The notes under the pieces are model-generated. The model ran no database searches and was not told the origin of the DNA. It saw only the letters and a list, made by a program, of their open reading frames with translations. The translations under genes were made by a program, and so were the position numbers. Shown piece by piece: positions 26,613 through 36,169 of a stretch of DNA of 61,976 nucleotides (position 1 is its first letter; the number at the start of each line of letters is the position of its first letter). This stretch comes from a virus (Duplodnaviria; Caudoviricetes): positions 1-61,976 of IMG/VR virus record IMGVR_UViG_3300030102_001784. One strand, written 5' to 3'.

Positions 26613-27344
26613 ATGAACAAAGAAAAAGTAATTGAAAAGTTACGTGATGATGAACATTACTATGGTGATTTCGGTAAGAAATATCTTAGTAACTCAGACA
26701 TTGGTACTTTACTTACAAACCCTTTAAACCTTGGTAAAGCTTCTGAAGCTAGACCAGCGTTTTTAGTTGGTGGTTATTTTCACACAGCTATACTAGAACC
26801 TGATAAACTTAAAAAGTTTAAGGTTATAGAAGCTACAACTAGAAACACAAAAGTGTATAAAGAGATGTCAGGTGGTGAACTATGTTTACTACAACACGAA
26901 GTTGATAACATAGAAAAACTAACAGATAAAATGTTAGCTAACAAAATATGTTATGACTTAATTAGAAATTCAACAAATGAATATGAAAAACCTGGCATTA
27001 CAGAACTTGAAGGTCAGATGTGGAAAGGTAAAGCTGATATTATAAATCATGAAGAAAAGTTAGTCGTTGATTTAAAAACGACAGCAGATCTTAATAAATT
27101 TAAGTATTCAGCTTCTAAGTACAATTACGACTCACAAGCTTATATTTATAGTAAACTATTTGGCTATGAAATGGTATTTATTGCCATTGATAAAAATACA
27201 GAACAAATAGGTATATTTGACTGCTCACCAGAATTTTATGAACGAGGTAAGGACAAGGTCGAACGAGCAGTGCAAGCTTATGAATTATTTTATAAGTCTG
27301 AAGGCTTTGATCCTAATCAATATTTTATTAATAAAACCCTTTAA
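26613..27344 (+). CDS. RecE-like PD-(D/E)XK exonuclease
   Basis: LSNS...GGYFHTAILEP...KGKADI...VDLKTT...YDSQAYIY. Confidence 0.85.
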   Translation: MNKEKVIEKLRDDEHYYGDFGKKYLSNSDIGTLLTNPLNLGKASEARPAFLVGGYFHTAILEPDKLKKFKVIEATTRNTKVYKEMSGGELCLLQHEVDNIEKLTDKMLANKICYDLIRNSTNEYEKPGITELEGQMWKGKADIINHEEKLVVDLKTTADLNKFKYSASKYNYDSQAYIYSKLFGYEMVFIAIDKNTEQIGIFDCSPEFYERGKDKVERAVQAYELFYKSEGFDPNQYFINKTL

Positions 27345-27346
27345 TT

Positions 27347-27526
27347 ATGGCAAGAACCAGAAAAAACCAAACAAAAGTATGCAGTGTAACAGGATTAGAA
27401 ACTAGTGTAAATAATTTTTACAAGAATCAAAATCATGTTAAAGCTGTAGATAACTTAAGAAGAGCTACAAATGCTAATAAAGAGCAATTGCAGAGAATGT
27501 TTAATCAAATAAATCAATACGCATAA
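27347..27526 (+). CDS. Small basic protein (59 aa, not in the ORF track)
   Basis: MARTRKNQTKVCSVTG...; fills the gap exactly. Confidence 0.7.
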   Translation: MARTRKNQTKVCSVTGLETSVNNFYKNQNHVKAVDNLRRATNANKEQLQRMFNQINQYA

Positions 27527-27527
27527 T

Positions 27528-27836
27528 ATGGCAAGTATAATTAAGACTAGTATTAACCTTGCTAACATTGATAAATCAAAAGTTATCGATGGTAAAAAAG
27601 GTAAATACTTACCAATTACTATTACGTTAAACGACGAAGTAGATCAGTTTGGTAATAACGGTCCTGTTTGTATAGCACAAACAAAAGAGGAGCGTGACGC
27701 TAAAACTGCTAAAGTTTACTTAGGTAACGTACAAGTAGTATGGACAAACGGCAACAACGTAGATGTTGCACCTAGACAAGACCAACCTGCTAAAGCTGCA
27801 CCAGCTGCAGCACCGGTAGATGATTTACCATTTTAA
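27528..27836 (+). CDS. Probable single-stranded DNA-binding protein
   Basis: Small beta-rich protein with C-terminal DDLPF; lies in the replication cluster. Confidence 0.7.
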   Translation: MASIIKTSINLANIDKSKVIDGKKGKYLPITITLNDEVDQFGNNGPVCIAQTKEERDAKTAKVYLGNVQVVWTNGNNVDVAPRQDQPAKAAPAAAPVDDLPF

Positions 27837-27845
27837 TTAAATTAA

Positions 27846-29570
27846 ATGCAGACAGTAGAGATCAATGGATTTTTGATTGATGAGTTCAATCAACATAAGC
27901 TAGAAGAAGGGAAAAAGCAGGGTATATGTCCTCTTTGCTCGCACACTAGAAAACCCAAGAATCAAAAAGCAAAATGTGCTTCATATGATTGGGAACGGGG
28001 TCTCGGTACTTGTCATAATTGTAATACATCATTTCAGTTACATACTTATAAACGTAAAGGAGCTAGTGAAAAAGAATATGTAAGACCTATTGACAAACAA
28101 GAGGATTATAATATAACTGGTGATCCAGAGCAAAAAGTATTGAAATGGTTTAAAACAAGAGGTATATCAAGCAAGACTCTTATCGACTTACAAGTTGGTG
28201 AGGGTCTTGAGTATATGCCACAAACTGGCAAGCAAGAGAATACTATTAAGTTTAATTACTTTATGGGCGATCAGCTTATTAATGTTAAATATAGAGATGG
28301 TCGTAAAAACTTTAAGTTATATAAAGGTGCTGAAAAAGTATTTTACAATATAAATAGTATTGTAGGTTACGAGTACTGTATTATAACTGAAGGTGAAATG
28401 GACGTGTTAGCGTTACACGAAGCTGGTATACCAAATGCTATATCAGTTCCTAATGGTGCTACACTTAACAGTAATAATCTAGATTATTTAGATAATTGTA
28501 TAGATTACTTTGAAGATAAAGAAAAAGTAATATTAGCTGTAGATTCAGATGAAGCAGGTCAAGCTTTACAAGCAGAATTAGTTCGTAGACTTGGAGCTGA
28601 AGTTTGTTACTTAGTATCATTTGATGATTGTAAAGACGCTAATGAATATTTAATAAAATATGGACCAGAAAGATTATCAGAAATTATTTCAAGAGCGAGG
28701 CCTGTACCTTTGGAAAACGTCACAACGTTTAAAGATATTGAAGATGAGGTTACTGACTTTGTTCGTAATGGATTTAAAAAAGGTTATCAAGTCGGTTTGG
28801 AAAACTTTGATAACATTTTTAGCACGTATACCGGTCAGTTTATTACTGTTACTGGGATACCTAGCAGTGGTAAGTCTGATTTTGTTGATCAGATGGTTGT
28901 AGGTTACAACCGTAATTATGGTTGGAAAACAGCTTTTGCATCACCAGAAAATGCACCGACATATTTACATGCTCACAAGTTAATGCGTAAGACATGGGAA
29001 GGTATGCCTACATCAGCTGATATACACGGTGATAAATGGAACAATGTTTCTAGTCATGTAAACGATAATTACTTTTTTATAGACATGGAACGTTATACGC
29101 TTGAATCAGTGTTACGTAAAGGTGCTGAACTTGTTAAACGTAAAGGTATTAAATGCCTTGTTATTGATCCATTTAATAAAGTTAGAGATGTTGACTGTAA
29201 AACAGAAGATGTTAATAGATATACAATGGAATATCTTACTAAAATAGAAACATTTGCTAAAAAGTTTGATGTACTAGTGTTTATTGTAGCACATCCAACT
29301 AAAATGTATAAAGACAAAGATGGTAAGATTGAAGAACCAACAATGTATAATATTAAAGGTGGCGGTGAATGGTATGATGCTAGTTATCACGGCATATTAG
29401 TTCATAGAGATTACGAAGCTAAAACAGTTAAGGCAAAAGTTTTAAAGGTTAAGTTTCAAAATCTTGGTGAAAACGGTGCTGAAGCTCATTTTAAATGGGA
29501 ACATAAGTCAGGTTGTTTTTTACCTTTTGAACCAATAAGTATTAACGATGAACCAATGCCATGGGAATAA
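27846..29570 (+). CDS. T7 gp4/Twinkle-like primase-helicase
   Basis: Zn finger (CPLC...CHNC), TOPRIM (ITEGEMD, AVDSDEAG, KDANE), Walker A GIPSSGKS, LVIDP, VAHP. Confidence 0.93.
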   Translation: MQTVEINGFLIDEFNQHKLEEGKKQGICPLCSHTRKPKNQKAKCASYDWERGLGTCHNCNTSFQLHTYKRKGASEKEYVRPIDKQEDYNITGDPEQKVLKWFKTRGISSKTLIDLQVGEGLEYMPQTGKQENTIKFNYFMGDQLINVKYRDGRKNFKLYKGAEKVFYNINSIVGYEYCIITEGEMDVLALHEAGIPNAISVPNGATLNSNNLDYLDNCIDYFEDKEKVILAVDSDEAGQALQAELVRRLGAEVCYLVSFDDCKDANEYLIKYGPERLSEIISRARPVPLENVTTFKDIEDEVTDFVRNGFKKGYQVGLENFDNIFSTYTGQFITVTGIPSSGKSDFVDQMVVGYNRNYGWKTAFASPENAPTYLHAHKLMRKTWEGMPTSADIHGDKWNNVSSHVNDNYFFIDMERYTLESVLRKGAELVKRKGIKCLVIDPFNKVRDVDCKTEDVNRYTMEYLTKIETFAKKFDVLVFIVAHPTKMYKDKDGKIEEPTMYNIKGGGEWYDASYHGILVHRDYEAKTVKAKVLKVKFQNLGENGAEAHFKWEHKSGCFLPFEPISINDEPMPWE

Positions 29571-29816
29571 ATGCCAAGAATAAAGAAACAAACAATGGGA
29601 AGTTATTTGCCTACGTCGGAAGAACTAGTGGCATATCGGTGGTGTATAAACAACGGAATATATATATCCCCATTTGCAACTGGAGAAGCAACTTGGTATC
29701 TAGACATAGAGATTAACAAAAAAACTAATAGATCACCTAGTACATATGGTAAAGATACTATATGGATTAAGATGTATGAGTTTTATAAATATTATTATAA
29801 TAAATATGCTAAATAG
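29571..29816 (+). CDS. Hypothetical protein
   Basis: 81 aa, coupled to its neighbours. Confidence 0.7.
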   Translation: MPRIKKQTMGSYLPTSEELVAYRWCINNGIYISPFATGEATWYLDIEINKKTNRSPSTYGKDTIWIKMYEFYKYYYNKYAK

Positions 29817-30447
29817 TTATAACAATGCAAATGAAGCTTACGAAGCGTTATTAGACGAAGCCATTTTACACGGCGTAGATTTTGATAACACTAAAGCTTT
29901 ATTTAACTGTGGGTTTTATATACGTAACCCTTTGGATAATCATATAACCAATAAACAACGTAACTGGAAACTAGAATACGCAGAAGCTGAATGGCAATGG
30001 TATTTGTCCGGTGATCCAAGCATTGACAAGCTTGGTGAAATATATGGTAAAATACCACCAATATGGGAGCGTATGGCTAACCACGAACGTAAAGTTAATA
30101 GTAACTACGGTTATCAATGGAAACGTAATTGTCAAATAGATTATGTTTGTGCTAAGTTAAAAACAAACCCTAACACTAGACATGCTGCAATAAGTATATA
30201 TGATGCTAAAGAATTTGATAAATACAAGAAAGATACACCTTGTACTTATGCTGTTCAGTTTACAATTATAAATAAAAAGCTTTGTATGTCTGTCTATATG
30301 CGTTCTAATGACATCTGGTACGGTTTCTGTAATGATCAGTATCAATTCTCATCATTGCAAAAAATGATTGCAGATAGATTAAATTTTGAAATTGGTTGGT
30401 ATTACCACCACGCACATAACATGCACTTATACAACGATAAATTATAA
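29806..30447 (+). CDS. Thymidylate-synthase-fold enzyme, dCMP hydroxymethylase-like
   Basis: NSNYG, DTPCT catalytic Cys, MRSNDIWYGFCND with Asp at the ThyA Asn177 position, HNMHLY; likely start MLNSY at 29806. Confidence 0.85.
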   Translation: MLNSYNNANEAYEALLDEAILHGVDFDNTKALFNCGFYIRNPLDNHITNKQRNWKLEYAEAEWQWYLSGDPSIDKLGEIYGKIPPIWERMANHERKVNSNYGYQWKRNCQIDYVCAKLKTNPNTRHAAISIYDAKEFDKYKKDTPCTYAVQFTIINKKLCMSVYMRSNDIWYGFCNDQYQFSSLQKMIADRLNFEIGWYYHHAHNMHLYNDKL

Positions 30448-30450
30448 ATT

Positions 30451-31212
30451 ATGTATTATTTATACCACATACCAGGTAAAAAGATTGGCGTTACACGTGA
30501 TCTTAATAACAGGGTAACCCTTATGCAAGGCTATAAGGAGAATGAGTACGAAGTTTTATTTACTAGTGATGATATAGATTTTATATCAAACAAGGAAATA
30601 GAACTTCAAAAGTCTTACGGCTATAAAGTCGATAGAAAATTATATAAAAACTTATTTAATAAAATGAAAATAAACGCAACACAGCAGACCTCAACTTTTC
30701 CTGTGCCAGTTAATAAACTAAAAGGTAGATTACTGGACAGTGTGGGTTTAAAATGGCAAACGGATTTTGGCCAGTTTGAAATTACCAAGCAAAATATTCC
30801 GTGGATAATGGCTAATGTAAAAGAGTCAATGTTTAATACAGAAAGATGTTATGTATATAACAAAGCTTTTTATGAAGCTTTCTTTAATCCAAATCATAAT
30901 CCTGATATACAAACCCATGAAGATCGTTTTGATCTGATTAGAGACTGGGCTGCAACAAGAGGCTTATATGACAAAGGCAACGCACATACACAGTATGTAA
31001 AGCTTATGGAAGAAGCCGGCGAGTTAGCTAAAGCATTATTACAACAAGATAAACCTGAAATTATGGATGCTATTGGCGACATGGTTGTTGTATTAACAAA
31101 CTTATCTCACCTACAAGGATTTGAAATAGAAGACTGTATCGACTCAGCATATAATGTTATTGCTGCTCGTACAGGTAAAATGATTAACGGAACATTTGTA
31201 AAAGATGAATAG
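30451..31212 (+). CDS. GIY-YIG-like domain fused to a MazG-like NTP pyrophosphohydrolase
   Basis: N-terminal YYLYHI...KIGVT.DL..RV; C-terminal KLMEEAGELA...DAIGD...RTGKMINGTFVK. Confidence 0.75.
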   Translation: MYYLYHIPGKKIGVTRDLNNRVTLMQGYKENEYEVLFTSDDIDFISNKEIELQKSYGYKVDRKLYKNLFNKMKINATQQTSTFPVPVNKLKGRLLDSVGLKWQTDFGQFEITKQNIPWIMANVKESMFNTERCYVYNKAFYEAFFNPNHNPDIQTHEDRFDLIRDWAATRGLYDKGNAHTQYVKLMEEAGELAKALLQQDKPEIMDAIGDMVVVLTNLSHLQGFEIEDCIDSAYNVIAARTGKMINGTFVKDE

Positions 31213-31510
31213 ATACGTAGTAAAGACTGACGATAAAATCGTAGAGCAAGTTATCGAAAAGATAGACCAACGTAGTCTGGTTGGTCAAGCTAAATACGGA
31301 GCAATGATGATGGAAGAAGTTGAAGGCAAAGACAAAGACTTAAACGACTTTCTAATCGATGTACAAGAAGAAATAATGGATGCATTGTTATATATTCAAG
31401 CAGCAAGAGCTTGCTTGCGTGATGAAATTGAAGAAGCTATGTTAAACAGAGCTAAACGTTTCAATGACAATATATCTAATATAAATGTTCATGAAGAAGA
31501 GGAACTATAA
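31205..31510 (+). CDS. Probable all-alpha nucleotide pyrophosphohydrolase-like protein
   Basis: R...GQAKYG...QEEIMDALLY motif. Confidence 0.55.
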   Translation: MNRYVVKTDDKIVEQVIEKIDQRSLVGQAKYGAMMMEEVEGKDKDLNDFLIDVQEEIMDALLYIQAARACLRDEIEEAMLNRAKRFNDNISNINVHEEEEL

Positions 31511-31946
31511 AAGAAAAAAAGGACCAGTTCAGTCGAAGAAGATCTCATATGATGGGATCAACTTCGCCTCTGGCCTTGAACGTTATATGTATATGGCTTT
31601 AAAAAAAGCAAAAATAAAAGCTTTATACGAAGGAGAAACGTTTGAACTACAAGAAGGATTTAATTTTCCTTTTGAATCTTATGAAAGATGTGGCAATGGT
31701 AAAGGAGATTATAAAAACAGAGGTAATAAAAAAATACACAATATAAAATACACACCTGATTTTATAGGTAAAAACTTTATTATTGAAACAAAAGGTAGAG
31801 CAAACGAATCATTTCCAATTAGATGGAAAATGTTTAAAAAAATCATGGCAGATAAAAGACTAGAACCTTTTACACTTTATAAACCACAAAATCAAAAAGA
31901 ATGCGACGAAACGGTAAGACTGATCCTCGAAAAGCTAAATCAATAG
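31485..31946 (+). CDS. T7 endonuclease I-like PD-(D/E)XK nuclease
   Basis: FASGLE...YE...YTPDF...IETKG. Confidence 0.8.
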   Translation: MFMKKRNYKRKKGPVQSKKISYDGINFASGLERYMYMALKKAKIKALYEGETFELQEGFNFPFESYERCGNGKGDYKNRGNKKIHNIKYTPDFIGKNFIIETKGRANESFPIRWKMFKKIMADKRLEPFTLYKPQNQKECDETVRLILEKLNQ

Positions 31947-32071
31947 CTAGACGTAAATATGCAGAACGCCAAATTGATAAATGGTGGAAATGGAGTTGGG
32001 AGGTCAGAGGTAAAATAAAATATAAAGAATTAATAGAAAAACAAGATTATTATGGTATCAAGTGTTATTGA
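31901..32071 (+). CDS. Small basic protein (56 aa, not in the ORF track)
   Basis: MRRNGKTDPRKAKSIARRKY...; followed by two further short ORFs before nrdB. Confidence 0.5.
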   Translation: MRRNGKTDPRKAKSIARRKYAERQIDKWWKWSWEVRGKIKYKELIEKQDYYGIKCY

Positions 32072-32340
32072 TTATGTTTTAGAAAAATATCCTAAAACTT
32101 TTAAAAACAAACAAATAATAGTAATGGAAAACGACTGCTGCTATTTTGTTTCAACAAACAAAGACGCTTCACCGTTAATATTAAGTAAAAATATAATATG
32201 AAAACAGATAGACAATGGAGTTTGTCATTAGGTTTTTATCCAGGTATTTTATTTGGAGTAAGATCTTATAATGAAGACAAACAAACAACACACGTATTGT
32301 ACGTGCCTTTTATTGACTTAGCATTAGAAATATATAAATA

Positions 32341-33309
32341 ATGGGACTATTCGATGAGCGCATAGCGTACAAACCGTTTGAATATCCTGAGTATTATACT
32401 GAGGGTTGGCTAAAACAAGCTCAAGCATTTTGGTTACATACTGAAATACCTATGAGCGGAGATGTTAAAGATTGGAACGAAAAATTAAATGACAAAGAAA
32501 AAAACCTTGTTGGAAACATACTACTCGGCTTCGCACAGACCGAATGCGCTGTCTCCGACTACTGGACGCAAAAAGTTGTATCTTGGTTTCCAAAACATGA
32601 GATACAGCAGATGGCGATGATGTTTGGAAGTCAAGAGACTATCCATGCAGTCGCATATAGCTATTTAAATGAAACATTAAAACTAGAAGATTATGAAGCT
32701 TTCTTACATGAAGAGGCAACGGCTAATAGATTTGATAATCTGGTTGCTTACGACGGTGATAATACTACTGGTATTGCGAAAAGCTTGGCTGTATTTTCAG
32801 CCTTCGCCGAAGGAGTTAGTCTGTATAGTGCTTTTGCAGTGCTGTATAGTTTTCAGCTACGAAATTTACTCAAGGGTATTGGGCAACAAATGAAATGGTC
32901 TGTAAGAGACGAATCACTACATAGCAAAATGGGATGTAGATTATTTAGACACATGTGTGAAGAAGATAATAAACTATTGTCTGCTTGTAAATCAGATGTT
33001 ATACAAGCTGCCGAAATAATGGTAGATCTTGAAGAAAAATATATTGACAAGATGTTTGAGATGGGTGATATTGAAGGAATAAAAGCAAATGATTTAAAAC
33101 AATTTATAAGAAAAAGAACAAATGAAAAACTTGTGGAACTCGGTTATGCAGAACTTAAAGATAAGTTCGAGTACGACAACAACGCAGCTGCTAATCTCGA
33201 TTGGTTTTATCATCTTACCGGGGGCGTTACCCATACTGATTTTTTCTCTATTCGTCCGACAGACTATAGCAAAGCTAATGAAGGCGAAGACTTTGAAGAT
33301 ATTTGGTAA
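32341..33309 (+). CDS. nrdB: Ribonucleotide reductase class I beta subunit
   Basis: AFWLHTEI, ETIHAVAYS, EGVSLYSAF, RDESLH, HTDFF. Confidence 0.95.
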   Translation: MGLFDERIAYKPFEYPEYYTEGWLKQAQAFWLHTEIPMSGDVKDWNEKLNDKEKNLVGNILLGFAQTECAVSDYWTQKVVSWFPKHEIQQMAMMFGSQETIHAVAYSYLNETLKLEDYEAFLHEEATANRFDNLVAYDGDNTTGIAKSLAVFSAFAEGVSLYSAFAVLYSFQLRNLLKGIGQQMKWSVRDESLHSKMGCRLFRHMCEEDNKLLSACKSDVIQAAEIMVDLEEKYIDKMFEMGDIEGIKANDLKQFIRKRTNEKLVELGYAELKDKFEYDNNAAANLDWFYHLTGGVTHTDFFSIRPTDYSKANEGEDFEDIW

Positions 33310-33347
33310 TATAAAAATAACTAAAGAAGATATATACAACGATTTAT

Positions 33348-33578
33348 ATGAAAGAGAGTAAATTAATAGAGATGAAAAACAAGGTTGAATCGCTTACTAG
33401 AGTTGTTCAACAATTAATAAATGAACTACAGTTTACTAGAGAAGTAGCTGTAGGATCTTTAGAAACAATTAAAAAAATGCCTGGATATGACAAAGCATTG
33501 GAAGAGCTTAAAAATGAAGTTACTAAGAAGCCTAGTAAGACCGAGGAAATTAAAACCGACGGAAAGACTAGCGAGTAG
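33348..33578 (+). CDS. Hypothetical coiled-coil protein
   Basis: 76 aa between nrdB and nrdA. Confidence 0.65.
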   Translation: MKESKLIEMKNKVESLTRVVQQLINELQFTREVAVGSLETIKKMPGYDKALEELKNEVTKKPSKTEEIKTDGKTSE

Positions 33579-33753
33579 AATAGGTTATATGGGTGCTGGT
33601 TTTTTAATAGCCGCACACTGGACTATAGAACCAAAGTTTTATATAGCAGGTTTTTGTTGTGTGCTAGTTCAAGTAGCATCAAGAAAACAATGGAACTTAG
33701 TAGCTTTAAATATTAATGGGCTTATTGCCTGGATAAAACACTTTATAATATAA
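33487..33753 (+). CDS. Small membrane protein
   Basis: Hydrophobic segments; the stop overlaps the nrdA start. Confidence 0.6.
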   Translation: MTKHWKSLKMKLLRSLVRPRKLKPTERLASRIGYMGAGFLIAAHWTIEPKFYIAGFCCVLVQVASRKQWNLVALNINGLIAWIKHFII

Positions 33754-35471
33754 TGTGGAATAATGAATGGAAAAAAGGAGAAGACTACCCTAAGTGGGGT
33801 GATACAGATGTTTATAAAAAAACTATATCTGGAGGTTATTTACTTCAAGACGAAACGCCTCGTGAGGCTTATATGCGAGTCGCTAAAACCGTCGCAAGAA
33901 GGTTATATAAGCCTGAGATGGCTAACCAATTTTTTGACTATATTTGGAATGGGTGGTTATGCCTTGCTAGTCCTGTTTTATCCAACACCGGAACGGATCG
34001 TGGTTTGCCTATTAGTTGCTTTGGCATTGATGTTGCCGACTCGATACAAGATATAGGTAGTAAAAATTTAGAGATGATGCTACTCGCTAAACACGGCGGT
34101 GGAGTTGGTATCGGTGTAAATCAAATTAGACCCGCCGGAGCTAAAATTACAGGCAATGGAACAAGTGACGGAGTTGTACCGTTTTGTAAAATATATGATT
34201 CAACTATACTTGCCACTAATCAAGGATCTGTCAGAAGAGGAGCGGCATCAGTTAATATCAACATTGAACATGACGATTTTGAAGAATGGCTCGAGATTAG
34301 AGAACCTAAAGGAGACGTCAATAGACAATCACTTAACCTGCATCAATGCGCGGTCGTCGGTGATAAGTTCATGCGAAGACTTGAGAGTGGAGATAAGGAA
34401 GCTAGAAAACGATGGAGCAAACTTTTACAGAAACGAAAAGCTACTGGTGAACCTTATATTTTATTTAAAGGAAATACAAATAAGCAGAACCCAACAGCTT
34501 ACAAAGATAACGGGTTAAAAGTACATATGACAAACATATGCTCAGAAATTACATTACATACAGATGAAAATCATAGTTTTGTTTGTTGTTTATCATCATT
34601 AAATTTAGCTAAATATGAAGAGTGGAAAGGTACAAACCTTATTTATGATAGTATATGGTTTCTTGACGGAGTTATGGAGGAGTTTATACAAAGAGCTAAA
34701 GGCTTACGAGGTTTTGAAAATGCAATTAGATCAGCAACAAAAGGTAGAGCACTTGGGCTCGGAGTCTTGGGTTGGCACACGTATCTACAAGAAAAAGGTA
34801 TATCATTCGAAGGTTTACTTGCTCAGTTTGAAACTAGGAAAATTTTTAGTCAGATTAAAATTGAAAGCGAAAGAGCTTCAATGGCTCTTGCTGAAACTTA
34901 TGGTGAGCCTTTGTGGTGTGCTAATACTGGCATGCGCAATACTCACCTGCGTGCTGTTGCTCCCACTGTTAGTAATAGCAAGTTGTCTGGAAATGTTTCA
35001 CCAGGAATAGAACCTTGGGCTGCAAATGTATTTACCGAGCAATCTGCTAAAGGTACTTTTATACGTAAAAATCCTACATTAGTAAAATTATTAAGAAAAC
35101 TTAAAATTAATACAAATGAAACCTGGAACAAGATCATGGCTGACGGTGGTAGTGTACAAAACATTACTGAGCTTGATGATGTTGTCATGGCTCATGACAC
35201 CCCAGCAAAAGAGGTATTTAAAACTTTTAAGGAAATTAATCAATTAGAATTAGTTAATCAAGCTGGACTGAGACAGCAATACGTAGATCAGTCAGTTAGT
35301 TTAAACTTAGCTTTTCCTAGTGTAGCAACACCAAAATGGATTAACCAAGTTCATATGGCTGCGTGGAAAAACGGTATTAAAACTTTATACTATACTAGAA
35401 CTGAATCAGTGCTTCGCGGTGATATAGCACAACAAGCTATGAGTGAAGATTGTATCGCTTGTGATGGATAA
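33753..35471 (+). CDS. nrdA: Ribonucleotide reductase class I alpha subunit
   Basis: ASPVLSN, PISCF, TNICSEI, VCCLSSLNL, LGLGVLG, APTVS, DQSVS, KTLYY, terminal CIACDG. Confidence 0.95.
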   Translation: MWNNEWKKGEDYPKWGDTDVYKKTISGGYLLQDETPREAYMRVAKTVARRLYKPEMANQFFDYIWNGWLCLASPVLSNTGTDRGLPISCFGIDVADSIQDIGSKNLEMMLLAKHGGGVGIGVNQIRPAGAKITGNGTSDGVVPFCKIYDSTILATNQGSVRRGAASVNINIEHDDFEEWLEIREPKGDVNRQSLNLHQCAVVGDKFMRRLESGDKEARKRWSKLLQKRKATGEPYILFKGNTNKQNPTAYKDNGLKVHMTNICSEITLHTDENHSFVCCLSSLNLAKYEEWKGTNLIYDSIWFLDGVMEEFIQRAKGLRGFENAIRSATKGRALGLGVLGWHTYLQEKGISFEGLLAQFETRKIFSQIKIESERASMALAETYGEPLWCANTGMRNTHLRAVAPTVSNSKLSGNVSPGIEPWAANVFTEQSAKGTFIRKNPTLVKLLRKLKINTNETWNKIMADGGSVQNITELDDVVMAHDTPAKEVFKTFKEINQLELVNQAGLRQQYVDQSVSLNLAFPSVATPKWINQVHMAAWKNGIKTLYYTRTESVLRGDIAQQAMSEDCIACDG

Positions 35472-35472
35472 T

Positions 35473-35502
35473 AAAAAAGGGAGGCATTACGCCTCCCTTC
35501 TT
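35473..35502. terminator. Intrinsic terminator between the converging arms
   Basis: AAGGGAGGC-attac-GCCTCCCTT stem with an A-tract on the left and TTCTT on the right. Confidence 0.85.
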
Positions 35503-35535
35503 GTTACAGGAACTTTTGGGTATGGTACGCCCATT

Positions 35536-35739
35536 TTATTTTTGTTCCTTTCTTTTTTTCCTTTTTTCTAGTCTAGCAAGTTTTCTTTGAGCTTTTTTTT
35601 CTTCTTTACTTTCTTCATATTCTTCAGAAGGTGAGTTAGATCTAATAAAAGCTTTTTTTCTAGTTTCTTCTATTTTTTCTTCTAATGTCTTTTTAGTTAA
35701 AGGACTTTTTGCCATAAATGGCGAACTAAATTTATTCAT
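35536..35739 (-). CDS. Small basic SP-motif protein
   Basis: Starts MNKFSSPFMAKSPLTK. Confidence 0.7.
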   Translation of the reverse strand: MNKFSSPFMAKSPLTKKTLEEKIEETRKKAFIRSNSPSEEYEESKEEKKAQRKLARLEKRKKRKEQK

Positions 35740-35744
35740 GATAT

Positions 35745-35885
35745 TTATTTTTTACAGACACACTCCGCTACTGGACAGTCTTTTACGTTAACAATTAGTT
35801 TTGAAACTAACCAATTCCACTTGCACATTAATTTTTTCCACATAGTTTGTATCCACAAACCACATTTTACTAATAGTTTTCCCAT
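35745..35885 (-). CDS. 46-aa Cys/Trp-rich protein (not in the ORF track)
   Basis: MGKLLVKCGLWIQTMWKK...DCPVAECVCKK; fills the gap. Confidence 0.6.
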   Translation of the reverse strand: MGKLLVKCGLWIQTMWKKLMCKWNWLVSKLIVNVKDCPVAECVCKK

Positions 35886-35886
35886 C

Positions 35887-36168
35887 TTATTTTTTTGATT
35901 TATTTTTTTGACAAAAGTTTCTAGCCGCTTCTACGCTACCGAAACCCCACTTTTTTAGTGCCATTGCTTTTTTAGTTGGTTCGCCTTTAGCATCTTTCAT
36001 TGCCCCAGCCATACCAGCAAATCTACAAGCAAATGACACTCTTCGCTTGTTAGTTCCTTTTGTAAGTCTTTTACCTAACTTCTTACCGGTTTCAGATGTA
36101 TATTCTGACCGCATTTTTCTATTTTGCTTTTCGTAAGCTTTTTCTTTTATTTGTGTTGGTGATTTCAT
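35887..36168 (-). CDS. Small basic phage protein
   Basis: MKSPTQ...RRVSFACRFAGM...ALKKWG. Confidence 0.75.
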   Translation of the reverse strand: MKSPTQIKEKAYEKQNRKMRSEYTSETGKKLGKRLTKGTNKRRVSFACRFAGMAGAMKDAKGEPTKKAMALKKWGFGSVEAARNFCQKNKSKK

Positions 36169-36169
36169 A

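Noticed and set aside
33763-35010. Three +1-frame ORFs (97-131 aa) inside nrdA
   Set aside because: Interrupted by stops, no recognisable motifs and no marked compositional anomaly; likely codon-usage shadows.
17473-35471. Lysogeny module or diversity-generating retroelement
   Set aside because: No integrase, repressor pair, reverse transcriptase or template/variable repeat pair recognised.
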